A DNA stretch of 64,000 nt from Hydrogenophaga sp. GTDB lineage: Bacteria > Pseudomonadota > Gammaproteobacteria > Burkholderiales > Burkholderiaceae_C. The position numbers and the translations under genes are program-made. The stretch covers positions 15,807 through 79,806 of the forward strand of contig NZ_JAUCZG010000007.1 in NCBI RefSeq assembly GCF_030373225.1, in the 5' to 3' direction. Under the pieces are notes generated by a model that saw only the letters and a program-made list of their open reading frames with translations, was not told where the DNA came from and ran no database searches. Position 1 is the stretch's first letter. Each line of letters starts with the position of its first letter. Shown piece by piece: positions 1 through 13,657 of the stretch.

Positions 1-1
1 T

Positions 2-1030
2 CCCCTCACGCGTCAGCAGTACAACAGCTCCAACCGCGTGCTGTACCCACGTCCGCCCAAGCTGTTCTCGCACAACGACCAGCAGTCCGTCTGGCAAACC
101 TCGGGGGCAGAAGGCACCACCCAGGGCTGGGGCGGGCACATCGGCGATCTGGCCCGGCCTGGAAACGGCTCCAACAATGTGCTGACCTGCATCTCGGTGG
201 CCGGCAACACCGTGTTTCTGTCGGGCGATCAGGCGCTGTCCTACCAGGTCAGTTCCGGCGGCGCCGTGAGGATCAATGGACTCAACGGCAATGTGTACAG
301 CTCTGCGGCGGTGCGGGCAGCGATGCTGCAGCTGGCGCTTCAGGAGCGCAGTCACCGGCTGGAAAAGGAATACAACCTCGTCACCGCCAGGGCGTTCAGC
401 ACCGAAGGCGCGGTGAGCAACGCGCTGAGCCAGTTTCCAGCCACCGATGCGCCCTTCAACAGCTTCCCGGCGCAGAACGGTCTGGCGGACCAGCTCAAGC
501 TGGTTGCACGCCTGATCGCCGCGCGCGACACGCTGGGCACCAAGCGCCAGGTGTTCTTTGTCTCCATGGGCGGATTCGATCTGCACGACGTCCTGATCAA
601 CAACCAGGCCACCCTGATGGGGCGACTGAGCAGCGCACTCACCGCGTTCCACGCCGCCACAGTCAGCCTGGGCGTGGCCGACAAGGTGACCGCCTTCACC
701 GCTTCCGACTTCGGTCGCACCCTGCAGAGCAACGGCGACGGCTCCGACCATGGCTGGGGCTCCCACCATCTGATTGTGGGCGGTGCGGTGCGCGGCCGGG
801 CCTTCTACGGCAAGGCGCCGCCGGTGAGCGTGACCAACAGCACCACCGATGCGTTCGACCAGTGGCATGTGGGCCAGGGACGGCTGCTGCCCAGCACCTC
901 GGTGGACCAGTACGCCGGCACGCTGGCCACCTGGTTCGGTGTGCAGGGCGCCGAGATGAACGGCATCCTGCCCAACCTGGGCAACTTCAACTCTGTCGAT
1001 TACCCGCGCGACATGGGCTTCATGTTGTAA
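2..1030 (+). CDS. DUF1501 domain-containing protein (sulfatase-like), 5' end cut by window edge
   Basis: ORF 38..1030 stays open in frame to the window edge. Motifs FVSMGGFDLHD and GDGSDHGWGSHH are typical of the DUF1501 family. Confidence 0.7.
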   Translation, partial: PLTRQQYNSSNRVLYPRPPKLFSHNDQQSVWQTSGAEGTTQGWGGHIGDLARPGNGSNNVLTCISVAGNTVFLSGDQALSYQVSSGGAVRINGLNGNVYSSAAVRAAMLQLALQERSHRLEKEYNLVTARAFSTEGAVSNALSQFPATDAPFNSFPAQNGLADQLKLVARLIAARDTLGTKRQVFFVSMGGFDLHDVLINNQATLMGRLSSALTAFHAATVSLGVADKVTAFTASDFGRTLQSNGDGSDHGWGSHHLIVGGAVRGRAFYGKAPPVSVTNSTTDAFDQWHVGQGRLLPSTSVDQYAGTLATWFGVQGAEMNGILPNLGNFNSVDYPRDMGFML

Positions 1031-1112
1031 CCCCCCGCGCCGCGCCTGCGGCGCGTCACCCCCCAGGGGGCAACACCTGCGGCCTGGCAGAGCCGGTTCC
1101 GCGGTGTTCCCG
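1031..1112 (+). repeat. REP-like intergenic repeat, family A, copy 1
   Basis: About 80 bp starting directly after the stop codon. Near-identical copies at 58757-58836 and 59777-59862. Contains the hairpin gcgccgc-gcct-gcggcgc and a second imperfect stem cacctgcgg...ccgcggtg. Confidence 0.8.
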
Positions 1113-1174
1113 ACCTGACAGCGCGCCCCGGTGGAATCTCTAAGATGGCCCTGACTTCCTCACAGGGCCACTGC

Positions 1175-1888
1175 ATGATCGATCTCTACACGGCGGCAAC
1201 GCCCAACGGACACAAGGTGTCCATCGCGCTCGAAGAACTCGGGCTGCCCTACACGCTGAAGGTGCTCGACCTCTCGAAGGGCGAGCAGAAGACGCCGGCG
1301 TTTCTGGCGATCAACCCCAACGGCCGCATCCCGGCCATCGTCGATCACGAGGCCGATGGTTTTGCGGTGTTCGAGTCGGGCGCCTGCCTGGTGTACCTGG
1401 CCGAGAAGACCGGCCGCCTCATGCCCGCGGACACCAGGGGCCGCTCGCTGGTGATGCAGTGGCTGATGTTCCAGATGGGCGGCATTGGCCCGATGATGGG
1501 ACAGGCCAACGTGTTCTTCCGCTACTTTCCGGAAAAGATCCCGGCGGTGATCGACCGCTACCAGGGCGAGAGCAAACGCCTGTTTCGTGTGCTCGACGCG
1601 CAACTCAAGGACCACGAATTCCTCGCGGGCGACTATTCGATCGCCGATATCGCGAACTGGGCCTGGGTGCGCACCCACCGGTGGTCGGGCGTGGAAGTGG
1701 ACGACCTGCCGAACCTGGTGCGCTGGCGCGACGCGATCCGCTCGCGCGCGGCGGTGCAGCGCGGCATCGAGCGGCCGGCGTCGAGAGTCGACCTCACGCG
1801 CGACGGAGATGAAGGCGCCAGGAAGTTTGCCGAAGAGGCCCGCACCATGGTCGAGATGGGCCAGAGCCTGAAAGGCAACACGCCATGA
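1175..1888 (+). CDS. glutathione S-transferase (Nu-class, YfcG/YghU-like)
   Basis: The N-terminus [26 protein letters not shown]...[12 protein letters not shown] closely resembles E. coli YfcG-type GSTs. An alternative ATG lies at 1145. Confidence 0.8.
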   Translation: MIDLYTAATPNGHKVSIALEELGLPYTLKVLDLSKGEQKTPAFLAINPNGRIPAIVDHEADGFAVFESGACLVYLAEKTGRLMPADTRGRSLVMQWLMFQMGGIGPMMGQANVFFRYFPEKIPAVIDRYQGESKRLFRVLDAQLKDHEFLAGDYSIADIANWAWVRTHRWSGVEVDDLPNLVRWRDAIRSRAAVQRGIERPASRVDLTRDGDEGARKFAEEARTMVEMGQSLKGNTP

Positions 1889-2502
1889 AGCTGTATGTGT
1901 CGCAACGCGCACCCAACCCGCGGCGGGTGCAGATGTTCATGGCCGAAAAAGGCATCGAGGGCATCGAGCAGGTCATGGTGGACCTGAACGCGCAGGAACA
2001 TCGCGCGCCCGGCTTTCTCACCAAGAGCCCGCTGGCGCGCATTCCGGTGCTGGAACTCGACGACGGTCGCACGCTGTGCGAGACCCGCGCGATCTGCACC
2101 TGGCTGGAGGGTTGGCAAAGCCAGCCCAACCTGATGGGCGAAACGGCAGAAGAGCGCGCGTTCATCGAAATGGCCGACCGGCGCATGGAGTGGTACCTGA
2201 TGCTGCCGCTGGCCAATGCGATCCGGCACACACACCCGGGCCTGGCTCCGCTGGAGCAGCCGCAGTTCCCCGATTACGGTCAATCGCAATTGAGCAAGGC
2301 GCTGGAAACGGCTGCCTGGCTCGACGGTGAGCTGCAGCGCCAGCCCTGGGTGGCCGGTGAGCGCTTCACCATCGCCGACATCACCGCGTTCTGCACCGTG
2401 GAGTTCGCCCGACTGGCGCGCTTCAAGCCCGCCGACGCGGGTCTGCATGCGCTGCAGGCCTGGCGCGACAAGGTGGCCGCCCGACCCAGCGCACAGGCCT
2501 GA
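1885..2502 (+). CDS. glutathione S-transferase family protein
   Basis: 205-aa ORF with a thioredoxin-like N-terminal region ([11 protein letters not shown]) and a GST C-terminal helix region. Its ATG overlaps the upstream stop (ATGA), suggesting translational coupling. Confidence 0.7.
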   Translation: MKLYVSQRAPNPRRVQMFMAEKGIEGIEQVMVDLNAQEHRAPGFLTKSPLARIPVLELDDGRTLCETRAICTWLEGWQSQPNLMGETAEERAFIEMADRRMEWYLMLPLANAIRHTHPGLAPLEQPQFPDYGQSQLSKALETAAWLDGELQRQPWVAGERFTIADITAFCTVEFARLARFKPADAGLHALQAWRDKVAARPSAQA

Positions 2503-2524
2503 GCACCCGTCGGGCCAGCACCCG

Positions 2525-4093
2525 TCAGCCCCAGGGCGCCGGCGCCTTTTCCAGCGCGCGCTCCATGGCGGGCAGCTCCTGCAGGCCGGCCTGCAGCCGG
2601 GCCTGCAGCGATTGCTGCCAGTGCACCACCTGGGCCGAGGCGGGACCCGCCGCCATGGTGCCCAGCAGGGTGTGCGCGGTGCTCAGGTCGTTCAGGCGGC
2701 CCAGCAGTTCCTGTGCATCGGCCAGCACCGCGGTGCTGCGTGCCACGCGTTTGGGCGGCAGCACGCTGGCCAGAAACTCCTGCGCATAACGCAGCTTCTT
2801 GAGTGACAGTCGCAGCGCATGGCGGCCGTCCGGGCCCATGCGCCGGGCTTCGCGGGCTTGCCGGCGAAGCCCGGCATGGCGTTCGCGCAAGATCTCCCGG
2901 GCCCAGACCGCGAGAGCATCACCGCCCGTTGAGGCATCCGCCGGGTCTGCCGGCCGCAGGCACAGCACAGCACGGGTGAAAGCCAGCAGGCGCAAGGCGT
3001 GCTCGTGACCACCCAGGGCATCGGCCGCGCGTTGCCAGGCGGCTCGCCGCTGCTGCCCGACCCAGGTCTCGAGCGCATCGGCCGATGCATCGAAGGCGCC
3101 GGGCGACGGCGCGTCTGCGGCGGCCAGTTCGGGCATCCATTCGGTGGCGAACACGTCCCAGTTGCGCGCGTCGCCGAGCTGGTTGGTGAGCGACCGCCAC
3201 TCGGCCGACCAGTGCGCGGCAAAACGCGCCGGCAGGTGGGCCCGAAAGATGCGCAGGCCGGTGCGCAGCCGCCGCAGCGCCACCCGTGCCTGGTGCACGA
3301 ACTCGGGATCGGGCAAGCTGGCCTCGGCGCCGGGATGCAGCACGCCGGCCTCGTTGGCCTGCAAGTGGGTGAGGCAGCTCAGCGCCGCCGCGCGAAACGC
3401 CTGCACCGGGTGCATGCCGGCGTGAAGCTGCAGCGGCACCGCCTTCACCGGCTGCAGCTTTTCACCCATGAACAAGGCATAGCCCCGCTCGGCCTTGCTG
3501 CGGTTGGCGGGCAACAGCCGCAGCCCGGTGGCGGCCTGGCCGTGCGGACCCAGCGCGAGGGTGTGGGCCAGGTCCAGCAAGGCGTCCACCGGGCCCTCGA
3601 GCAGCTCCAGCTCCAGCTCGAGAATGGGCTGGCGGTGGTTGCCCTGGGCATTGCCGGTCCCGATGAAGCCCTGGTCCAGGGCCACCTCCACCCGGGCCGG
3701 CCCGTGTTGCAGCACCCAGCTGCGCCGTGTGAAATCGGTGCGGAACACCGGCACCAGTTGCCAGGCCACGCTGGCAAGCTGCGAGGCCAGGGCCGGGTCG
3801 GTCACCAGCGTGGCGAAGTCAAAGGCGCCCGGTCGACTCGGCGCTTCCCATTCGCCGCGCCGCGACAAGCCGCCCACCGACTGCCCGGCGGTCTTCACCG
3901 TGAGCAGGGTGCGGCGACCCACGCGGCGCTCGCGCACGGCCATGCGCTGGGCGCGCAGGGCCAGCGTGGACGTGTCGAAATAGGTGTTGAACAGACGCTC
4001 GCGCCGCGCGGGCTGCCTCAGCAGGGGATGCTTCAGCAGGGCAGCCAGGTCGTTCGGGTGGACTTCGAGCTTGAGTTCGGTTTCTTGCGACAT
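2525..4093 (-). CDS. CYTH and CHAD domain-containing protein (inorganic triphosphatase-like)
   Basis: The internal ATG at 4093 gives MSQETELKLEV (the CYTH ExExK signature), followed by a long helical Arg/Leu-rich CHAD-like region. The rest of the 773-aa track ORF upstream looks non-coding. Confidence 0.75.
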   Translation of the reverse strand: MSQETELKLEVHPNDLAALLKHPLLRQPARRERLFNTYFDTSTLALRAQRMAVRERRVGRRTLLTVKTAGQSVGGLSRRGEWEAPSRPGAFDFATLVTDPALASQLASVAWQLVPVFRTDFTRRSWVLQHGPARVEVALDQGFIGTGNAQGNHRQPILELELELLEGPVDALLDLAHTLALGPHGQAATGLRLLPANRSKAERGYALFMGEKLQPVKAVPLQLHAGMHPVQAFRAAALSCLTHLQANEAGVLHPGAEASLPDPEFVHQARVALRRLRTGLRIFRAHLPARFAAHWSAEWRSLTNQLGDARNWDVFATEWMPELAAADAPSPGAFDASADALETWVGQQRRAAWQRAADALGGHEHALRLLAFTRAVLCLRPADPADASTGGDALAVWAREILRERHAGLRRQAREARRMGPDGRHALRLSLKKLRYAQEFLASVLPPKRVARSTAVLADAQELLGRLNDLSTAHTLLGTMAAGPASAQVVHWQQSLQARLQAGLQELPAMERALEKAPAPWG

Positions 4094-4276
4094 GGCAGGC
4101 GGCAGACGGTATGGACTGGGCGACGGAATGCAGAGTCTGACAGCCCTTGAAGCCTGTGCGCAACACCGGGCCCCTTTGCACACAGGCTGTAACCTTTGCC
4201 GGAGAGGCGGGCGGCACAATTCCCTGCAGCCTCCTTCGCATTTCGCAAGAGCACCGAATACTCCGCACCCCACACC

Positions 4277-4834
4277 ATGAAGATCCTGTTGAAACTGAGC
4301 GCCCACGCAGCGGCATGCGGCTTGTTCCTGGGCCTGGGCATGGCCCCGGCCATGGCCGAAAAACCCGCCCATGCGGGCGGCGGCAAGTCCGAAAAATGGG
4401 AGAAGCCGGACCACGGCGACAAGGGAAACAAGGGCGGCAGACAAGACCGCGACGACCCGCGCCAGCACAGCCCGTCGGGCTCCGGTGACCGCTCGAATGT
4501 TGCCGTGCAGATCAACATCGGCGGCTACTTCCAGGACAACCAGCGCCTGGCCGTGCGCGAGTACTACGAGCCGCGTTTTCGCGCCGGCAACTGCCCGCCG
4601 GGTCTGGCCAAAAAGAACAACGGCTGCATGCCGCCGGGGCAGGCCAAAAAGTGGCGCAAAGGCTACCGGCTGCCGTCCGACGTGGTGTTCTACCCGGTGC
4701 CCAACGAGATTTCGATCCGCCTCGGTGTGCCCCCGTCGGGTCACAAATACGTGCGCGTGGCCGCCGACATCCTGCTGATCGCCGTGGGCACCAGCATGGT
4801 GGTCGATGCCATCGAAGACCTGAGCCGCCTCTGA
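4277..4834 (+). CDS. CigR/RcnB-like periplasmic protein
   Basis: Signal peptide MKILLKLSAHAAACGLFLGLGMAPAMA and a Gly/Lys/Asp-rich spacer. PPGLAKK...PPGQAKKW and the C-terminal LLIAVGTSMVVDAIEDL resemble the CigR family. Confidence 0.55.
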   Translation: MKILLKLSAHAAACGLFLGLGMAPAMAEKPAHAGGGKSEKWEKPDHGDKGNKGGRQDRDDPRQHSPSGSGDRSNVAVQINIGGYFQDNQRLAVREYYEPRFRAGNCPPGLAKKNNGCMPPGQAKKWRKGYRLPSDVVFYPVPNEISIRLGVPPSGHKYVRVAADILLIAVGTSMVVDAIEDLSRL

Positions 4835-4844
4835 AGGCCGAGCC

Positions 4845-5669
4845 ATGACACGGCTGAACGCGCCTGCCCTTGTGTTGCTCGCCGCCTCGTGGGCCCTTGC
4901 CGCGCAAGCGCAGCCGGCCGAACCGGTGGCGCTGGAGGCCAGTCGCGACTACCTGCTCGGGGCCACCCTGTCCAGCGGTCGGGACCCCCTGGGAACCAGT
5001 GAACAGCGGCTGCGACTGCGCCCGATCTGGGCGTTTCAGCTCGGGCGTTTGCGTTTTGCCACCTCGGGCGCCAGTGCCTTGCTCGCGCAGGGTCGCGAAT
5101 CGGTCGACAGTGGCGTGAGCACGGTGCTCACCCGCAGCGACCGCGTCTCGCTGAGCACCTCCCTCTCCATCGACGAAGGGCGTTCATGGCGGGACGACCC
5201 GGTGTATGCCGGCCTGCCCCGCGTGCGCGACACGGTACGCGGGCGCGTCACCGCAGGCCTCACGCTCGGCCCGCGCTGGAGCGGCTCGCTGCGCGCCTCG
5301 CAGGACCTGCTCGGGCGCGAGGGTGGCCTGCGCATCGACTCGGGCCTGAACTACCGCCACCCGGTGTCTGCGCAAACGCACTGGGACCTGTCACTGGGCC
5401 TGGGCTGGGCCAACGGCACCTACCATCAAACCCACTACGGCATCGCCCCTGCCGCAGCCGCTGCCACCGGACTGCAGGCCTACGGACTGGGCTCGGGTTT
5501 TGACGGTCTCTCGCTGGGCTGGCGCATCACCTCGGCGCTGAACCGGCGCTGGGTGGCCTACGGTGGACTGAGCGCCTACCAGCTGCAGGGCGCCGTGGCA
5601 CGCAGCCCGCTGGTCACGCGCAGCACCACCTTCGGGGCCACCCTGGGCCTGGCCTACCGCAACGACTGA
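4845..5669 (+). CDS. MipA/OmpV family outer-membrane protein
   Basis: Signal peptide ending AAQA and an alternating beta-strand pattern. The C-terminal part (YGIAP...GLQAY...W.AYGGLSAYQLQG.VARSPLV) matches the MipA pattern. Confidence 0.65.
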   Translation: MTRLNAPALVLLAASWALAAQAQPAEPVALEASRDYLLGATLSSGRDPLGTSEQRLRLRPIWAFQLGRLRFATSGASALLAQGRESVDSGVSTVLTRSDRVSLSTSLSIDEGRSWRDDPVYAGLPRVRDTVRGRVTAGLTLGPRWSGSLRASQDLLGREGGLRIDSGLNYRHPVSAQTHWDLSLGLGWANGTYHQTHYGIAPAAAAATGLQAYGLGSGFDGLSLGWRITSALNRRWVAYGGLSAYQLQGAVARSPLVTRSTTFGATLGLAYRND

Positions 5670-5673
5670 GGCC

Positions 5674-8823
<3,150 letters not shown>

Positions 8824-8967
8824 GATAAGCCGCCCCGGGTTTTCCCGCCCGTCCTCCCTTCGCGCGCAAACGCATCAAGCACAATAACGGCTTTGCCCAG
8901 CCTCGACTTGTCCACCCTCAGCTCAGCCCCGTCCGACACCCCCGCCCCACCGGCGGGCGGCGCCCGC

Positions 8968-10134
8968 ATGACCCCGACCGAGCGGCGCACCAGCGGCGCG
9001 CTGGCGTCGATTTATGCCCTGCGCATGCTGGGTCTGTTCCTGGTGCTGCCGGTGTTCGTGCTGCAGGCCCACACCTACCCGGGTGGCGACGATCCGGCGC
9101 TGGTGGGTCTGGCCATGGGCATCTACGGGCTGACGCAGGCGCTGTTGCAGATGCCCTTCGGCATCGCGTCCGACCGGTTCGGCCGCAAACCCGTGATCCA
9201 GGCCGGACTGGCGCTGTTCGTGATCGGCAGCCTGATCGCCGCCTGGGCGCCCAACATGCTCTGGCTGGTGATCGGACGCGCGCTGCAGGGCTCCGGCGCC
9301 ATCTCTGCCGCGGTCACCGCCCTGCTCGCCGACCTCACCCGCGACGAGGTGCGCACCAAATCGATGGCGCTGGTGGGCATCAGCATCGCGCTCATGTTCG
9401 CGCTGTCGCTGGTGCTGGCGCCCTTGCTGGTGCCCCTGATCGGCCTCTCCGGCCTGTTTGCCCTCACCGCGCTGCTGGCCGCCATCGGCATGGCGGTGGT
9501 GGCCTGGGTGGTGCCGCCCGAACCGCCGGTGCAGCACCTGCAGACCCGCGGCGGGCTGCGCGAAGTGCTGGCCGATGTGGAGTTGCTGCGCGTGGATCTG
9601 GGCGTGTTCGTGCTGCACGCGGTACAGATCGCCATGTGGATGTCGGTGCCCGCCCTGCTGCAGGAGGCCGGCCTGGCAACCGCCGCGCACTGGAAGGTGT
9701 ATCTGCCGGCGGTGCTGGCGTCGTTGCTGGTCATGGGTGGCTTGCTGTTTCGCCTGGAGCGCAAGGGCTACTTCCGGCAGGTCTACCTGGGCTCCATCGC
9801 GTTGATCGTGCTGGCCCAGCTCGGTTTCTGGTTCAACCTGCAGGCGCCCTCGCTGTGGGCGGTGGGCCTGCTGTTGTGTGTGTATTTCATCGGCTTCAAC
9901 ACCCAGGAGGCCAGCCAGCCCAGCCTGGTGTCGCGCCTGGCCGAGCCGCGCCAGCGCGGGGCTGCCCTGGGCGTCTACAACACACTGATGTCGCTGGGCA
10001 TCTTCGCCGGCGGCAGCCTGGGCGGTGTGGTCATCAAGGTCTGGGGCAGCAGCGGCATTTTCTTCGTCAGCGCCGGGCTGATGCTGCTCTGGATGGCCCT
10101 GGCCTGGCCCATGCGGGCAGCGAGCCGAAGCTGA
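8968..10134 (+). CDS. MFS transporter
   Basis: The internal ATG at 8968 gives MTPTERRTSGALASIYALRMLGLFLVLPVF, followed by GIASDRFGRKP (MFS motif A) and about 12 predicted TM helices. Divergent from uvrA, as in many betaproteobacteria. Confidence 0.85.
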   Translation: MTPTERRTSGALASIYALRMLGLFLVLPVFVLQAHTYPGGDDPALVGLAMGIYGLTQALLQMPFGIASDRFGRKPVIQAGLALFVIGSLIAAWAPNMLWLVIGRALQGSGAISAAVTALLADLTRDEVRTKSMALVGISIALMFALSLVLAPLLVPLIGLSGLFALTALLAAIGMAVVAWVVPPEPPVQHLQTRGGLREVLADVELLRVDLGVFVLHAVQIAMWMSVPALLQEAGLATAAHWKVYLPAVLASLLVMGGLLFRLERKGYFRQVYLGSIALIVLAQLGFWFNLQAPSLWAVGLLLCVYFIGFNTQEASQPSLVSRLAEPRQRGAALGVYNTLMSLGIFAGGSLGGVVIKVWGSSGIFFVSAGLMLLWMALAWPMRAASRS

Positions 10135-10162
10135 AGCCCTGCGGGTGTGCCTGGCGGCCAGC

Positions 10163-11530
10163 CTAGCGCCCGACCGGCTCCGCAGGCGGTGCAGCGTCGG
10201 TCCGGTCGCGCAGCGAGCGCATCATCAACAGCGACATGGTGCTGTAGAGCGGGCGGCTGATCATGCGCGACACGAGACTGGCGAGCAGCGCGCAGGCCAT
10301 GAGGCTGAGCACCATGCTGTGGCCATCGGTCATTTCCATCACGATGATCATGGCGGTGATGGGCGTTTGCGTGACCGCCGCCAGAAAACCGCACATGCCC
10401 AGCGCAATCAAGGCCGCGCCGTGGGGCGAATTCAGCAGCCAGGCCACATCGGCACCCACACCGGCACCCAGCGAGAGGCTGGGGCCGAAGATGCCGCCAG
10501 GCACGCCCGCCCAGGCCGACAGCCACGACGCCACGAACTTGAGCCCGGTGAACACCAGCGGCTGGTGCGCAGCCGACGCATCGGCAGCCTGATCGAGCAG
10601 GTCCCGGGTGTGTTCGTGGCCCACGCCGACGGCCGCGCCGTCGCTGACCACCGCGATCACCGCCACCACAAAACCGCACATCGCCGCAAACGTGACCGGC
10701 CGCTTGCGCCGGTAGGCACAAAACCGGTCGGGCAGGCCGGTGAACGATGCCAGCATCAAGCGCGAGAGCAGCCCCCCCAACAGTCCGCACGCCAGCGCCA
10801 CCAAAGCGCCCGGCGCGAGCAGGTTCCACCAGGAAACGGCGTCGGCCCGAACCCGGCCGAAGTAGGACAGGTTGCCGAACGCCGACACCGCCACCAGGCC
10901 GGCCACCACGATCGCCGCCAGCATCAGCCCGCTGCTGCGGTCCTGCAGACGGCGCGAGAGTTCTTCAATGGCAAACACGATGCCGCCCAGGGGCGTGTTG
11001 AAGGCCGCGGCGATGCCGGCGGCCCCGCCGGCCACGAGCAACTCCCGGTCGCTGATCCCGGAGGCGGGCGACAACCAGCGCCGCGCGTGCAGCATCACAC
11101 CGGCGGCGACCTGCACCGAAGGGCCCTGCCTGCCGACGGACAGGCCGGCGAGCAATCCGCCGGACACGCCCAGCACCTTGGCCACGCTCAGCTTCAACGA
11201 CACGAACCGTGAGCGCTCACTCAGCGGCGTTTCGGGTGCCAGCGCGGTGAGCACCTGCGGCACGCCCGAACCGACCGCGCCGGGCGCCCAGCGCCGGATG
11301 GTCCACACGATCAGGGCGGTCAAGGCCGGCGTCCAGACCAGCGGGGTCCACCACCAGCCCGTGCGCATGCGGCTGTACAGGTCGATGGCGGCATCTGCCA
11401 GCAGGGTGAAGCCCACCACGGCAAGCCCGGCGAGCACGGCGTAGGCAATCACCACCGCCCGGTCCAGCCATTGCCTGCCGCCGCCCATTTCGGCGCGCAG
11501 GTTCTGCAGGAAGTCCGGTTCACCTTTCAT
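10163..11530 (-). CDS. ClC family voltage-gated chloride channel protein
   Basis: [15 protein letters not shown] and FAIEEL selectivity-filter-type motifs. The protein is polytopic. Confidence 0.85.
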   Translation of the reverse strand: MKGEPDFLQNLRAEMGGGRQWLDRAVVIAYAVLAGLAVVGFTLLADAAIDLYSRMRTGWWWTPLVWTPALTALIVWTIRRWAPGAVGSGVPQVLTALAPETPLSERSRFVSLKLSVAKVLGVSGGLLAGLSVGRQGPSVQVAAGVMLHARRWLSPASGISDRELLVAGGAAGIAAAFNTPLGGIVFAIEELSRRLQDRSSGLMLAAIVVAGLVAVSAFGNLSYFGRVRADAVSWWNLLAPGALVALACGLLGGLLSRLMLASFTGLPDRFCAYRRKRPVTFAAMCGFVVAVIAVVSDGAAVGVGHEHTRDLLDQAADASAAHQPLVFTGLKFVASWLSAWAGVPGGIFGPSLSLGAGVGADVAWLLNSPHGAALIALGMCGFLAAVTQTPITAMIIVMEMTDGHSMVLSLMACALLASLVSRMISRPLYSTMSLLMMRSLRDRTDAAPPAEPVGR

Positions 11531-11670
11531 GGGTGGCCAGTGTAGACCCTGGGGTATCGGCCCTTTTTCCAGCCGTGGCCAACGGCCCGCCCGCGGTCAG
11601 TTGCGGCACAATGACTGACCGTTTTTCAGGCCAGCCAGTGCTGGCGGCCCTCTCTCTACAGGACATCACC

Positions 11671-12174
11671 ATGGCATCTGTCAACAAAGTCATCCTCGTC
11701 GGCAACTGCGGGCGCGACCCCGAGATCCGCTACTTGCCATCGGGTCAGGCCGTGGCCAACGTCAGCGTGGCCACTTCCAGCCGCCGCAAGGACAAAAACA
11801 GCGGCGAGATGATCGAAGACACCCAATGGCACCGGGTCACCTTCTACGACCGCCTGGCTGAGATCGCCGGGGAATACGTCAAGAAGGGTCGCCCGATCTA
11901 CGTGGAAGGTCGCCTGAAATACGGCAAGTACACCGACCAGGCCGGCATCGAGAAGAACACGGTCGACATCGTTGCCACCGAACTGCAATTGCTCGGCGGC
12001 CGCGAAGGCATGGGCGGGGCGGAAGACGGTGGCGCCGGTGGTGGCTACTCGCGCCCGGCGGCGGCACCTCGCTCCGCAGCGCCCGCGCAACGCCCGGCCC
12101 CGGCCCCTGCGGCGGCGGCACCGGCGCGCCAGTCCAGCGGCTTCGACGACATGGACGACGACATTCCGTTCTGA
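11671..12174 (+). CDS. ssb: single-stranded DNA-binding protein
   Basis: [36 protein letters not shown] (OB fold), a Gly/Pro/Ala-rich linker and the acidic tail DDMDDDIPF. Confidence 0.95.
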   Translation: MASVNKVILVGNCGRDPEIRYLPSGQAVANVSVATSSRRKDKNSGEMIEDTQWHRVTFYDRLAEIAGEYVKKGRPIYVEGRLKYGKYTDQAGIEKNTVDIVATELQLLGGREGMGGAEDGGAGGGYSRPAAAPRSAAPAQRPAPAPAAAAPARQSSGFDDMDDDIPF

Positions 12175-12180
12175 AGCAAG

Positions 12181-12202
12181 GCGAACCCGCCGCGCGGGTC
12201 GC
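12181..12202 (+). terminator. possible terminator hairpin after ssb
   Basis: gcgaacccgc-cgc-gcgggtcgc is a GC-rich stem with one bulge, 7 nt after the ssb stop. It is followed by a weak T-containing tract (ttgttt). Confidence 0.35.
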
Positions 12203-12238
12203 TCGCAAGTTGTTTCCCCCATCAACCGGGTGCCAACC

Positions 12239-12898
12239 ATGTTCAAAGTTGTTGTTGCAGAAGACCACGCGCTGGTCCGCCAGGGCATCAGCATGCTGCT
12301 GTCGACCACGGGCGGCTTCGAACTGGTCGCCGAAACCGCGCTGGGCAGCGAGGTCGACATCCTTGTCGGGTTCCACAAACCCGATCTGCTGCTGCTCGAC
12401 CTGGCCCTGAGCGACAGCTCGGGCATTGAAGTGGCCCGGAAGGTGAAGAAGATCGCCCCCGCCACCAAGGTGCTGATCGTCACCGGCAACGTGTATCCGG
12501 GCTCGGTGGCCAATGCCTTCGCTGCCGGCGCAGACGGCTTTGTGCTCAAGCACGAACAGGGCTCCGAACTGCTGGACGCCATCCAGGCGGTGCTGGCGGG
12601 CCGCCGCTATGTGAGTCCGCAGGTGGCCAAGGGCCTGGACAACTCGTCCAACGCTCGCGTTGCCAACCACGGCATGTCACAGACATTGACCCAGCGAGAG
12701 CAGCAAATCGTTCGCATGATTGCCAAGGGCGGCAGCAACCAGGAGATCGCAGACGCCTTGCACATCAGCGTGCTCACCGCGCGCAAGCACCGGCAGAACG
12801 TGATGCTCAAACTGGACCTCCACAACGGCGCGGAGATCGCCGCTTACGCCATCCAGTCGGGGCTGGCCGAAGCCCCCGACATCGACAGCAACCTGTAG
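12239..12898 (+). CDS. NarL/LuxR-family response regulator
   Basis: Receiver domain (MFKVVVAEDHALVRQG...LLLLDLALSD) plus a C-terminal LuxR HTH (LTQREQQIVRMIAKGGSNQEIADALHISVLTARKHRQNVMLKL). Confidence 0.9.
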   Translation: MFKVVVAEDHALVRQGISMLLSTTGGFELVAETALGSEVDILVGFHKPDLLLLDLALSDSSGIEVARKVKKIAPATKVLIVTGNVYPGSVANAFAAGADGFVLKHEQGSELLDAIQAVLAGRRYVSPQVAKGLDNSSNARVANHGMSQTLTQREQQIVRMIAKGGSNQEIADALHISVLTARKHRQNVMLKLDLHNGAEIAAYAIQSGLAEAPDIDSNL

Positions 12899-13085
12899 AG
12901 CAACTCGCCGGCCGGCGAAGCCGCCTGCGCCCTGCTCAGGTACCGGTAGGGGTTGCGAAACCCGCGTTGTTTCTCAAAATAGTGCTCATGCATTATTGGG
13001 GGTAGGGGTATCCGGACGGGATACTTCGTCCCATGGTGAACGCATCTTCGGTCACCTGGCCAACACCAGAGAAACGGGGCAGACC

Positions 13086-13499
13086 ATGGGAATGAACGCA
13101 CTGGCGCTGGGTGTCTTCAAGCACCTGAGCCGCAAAAGCGAGGAGAAGATGCAACACGATGAAGACGTCGATTCCAGAATCTCGCCGGCGTCGATTTCGG
13201 ACGACTACCAGGTGCTGGTCACGGAATGCTTTCAGGCCCTGGGCCTGGACGCAGGTCAGATCCGCATCGTGGTGCGGTCGGTCGGTTGGACGCCAGGCGG
13301 CCTGGAAATCTACGCCGCCTTCATCAAGGTGATTCACTGGGACGTTCGCGTCGTGGAGATGCTCAGCAACATGCCGGTGATCGAAAAGAAGATCGATCGG
13401 CGCGTGCGGCAGAGCTCCATGCTGCGCTACAGCGCCTTTGCGGGTCTGTGGTTTCGTTCACCGGCCGGTGTCAACCGAGCCGTCGCCACGGTGCACTGA
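13086..13499 (+). CDS. hypothetical protein
   Basis: ORF 12996..13499. The ATG pair at 13086/13092 follows a lower-G+C intergenic stretch. No family recognised. Confidence 0.4.
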   Translation: MGMNALALGVFKHLSRKSEEKMQHDEDVDSRISPASISDDYQVLVTECFQALGLDAGQIRIVVRSVGWTPGGLEIYAAFIKVIHWDVRVVEMLSNMPVIEKKIDRRVRQSSMLRYSAFAGLWFRSPAGVNRAVATVH

Positions 13500-13657
13500 G
13501 CTGTGGGCGGTCAGCCGCCCACCCGCAGCTCTGGCGCTCAAGCTTCCATTTCGGCGCCCGCCACCCAAGGCAAAAGAAACGACCAGGGCCTTGTCGCGCG
13601 GCGACAAGGCCCTGCTTCATGGGTTCACCAAGGGGCCGCGCGCCTCGCTCGTTGCAC

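Noticed and set aside
11600-11625. Candidate LexA (SOS) box upstream of ssb: actgaccgtttttcagg.
   Set aside because: It is CTG-N9-CAG rather than the CTG-N10-CAG spacing of the gamma/beta-proteobacterial SOS box, and the interior is not TA-rich. No comparable site was seen upstream of uvrA.
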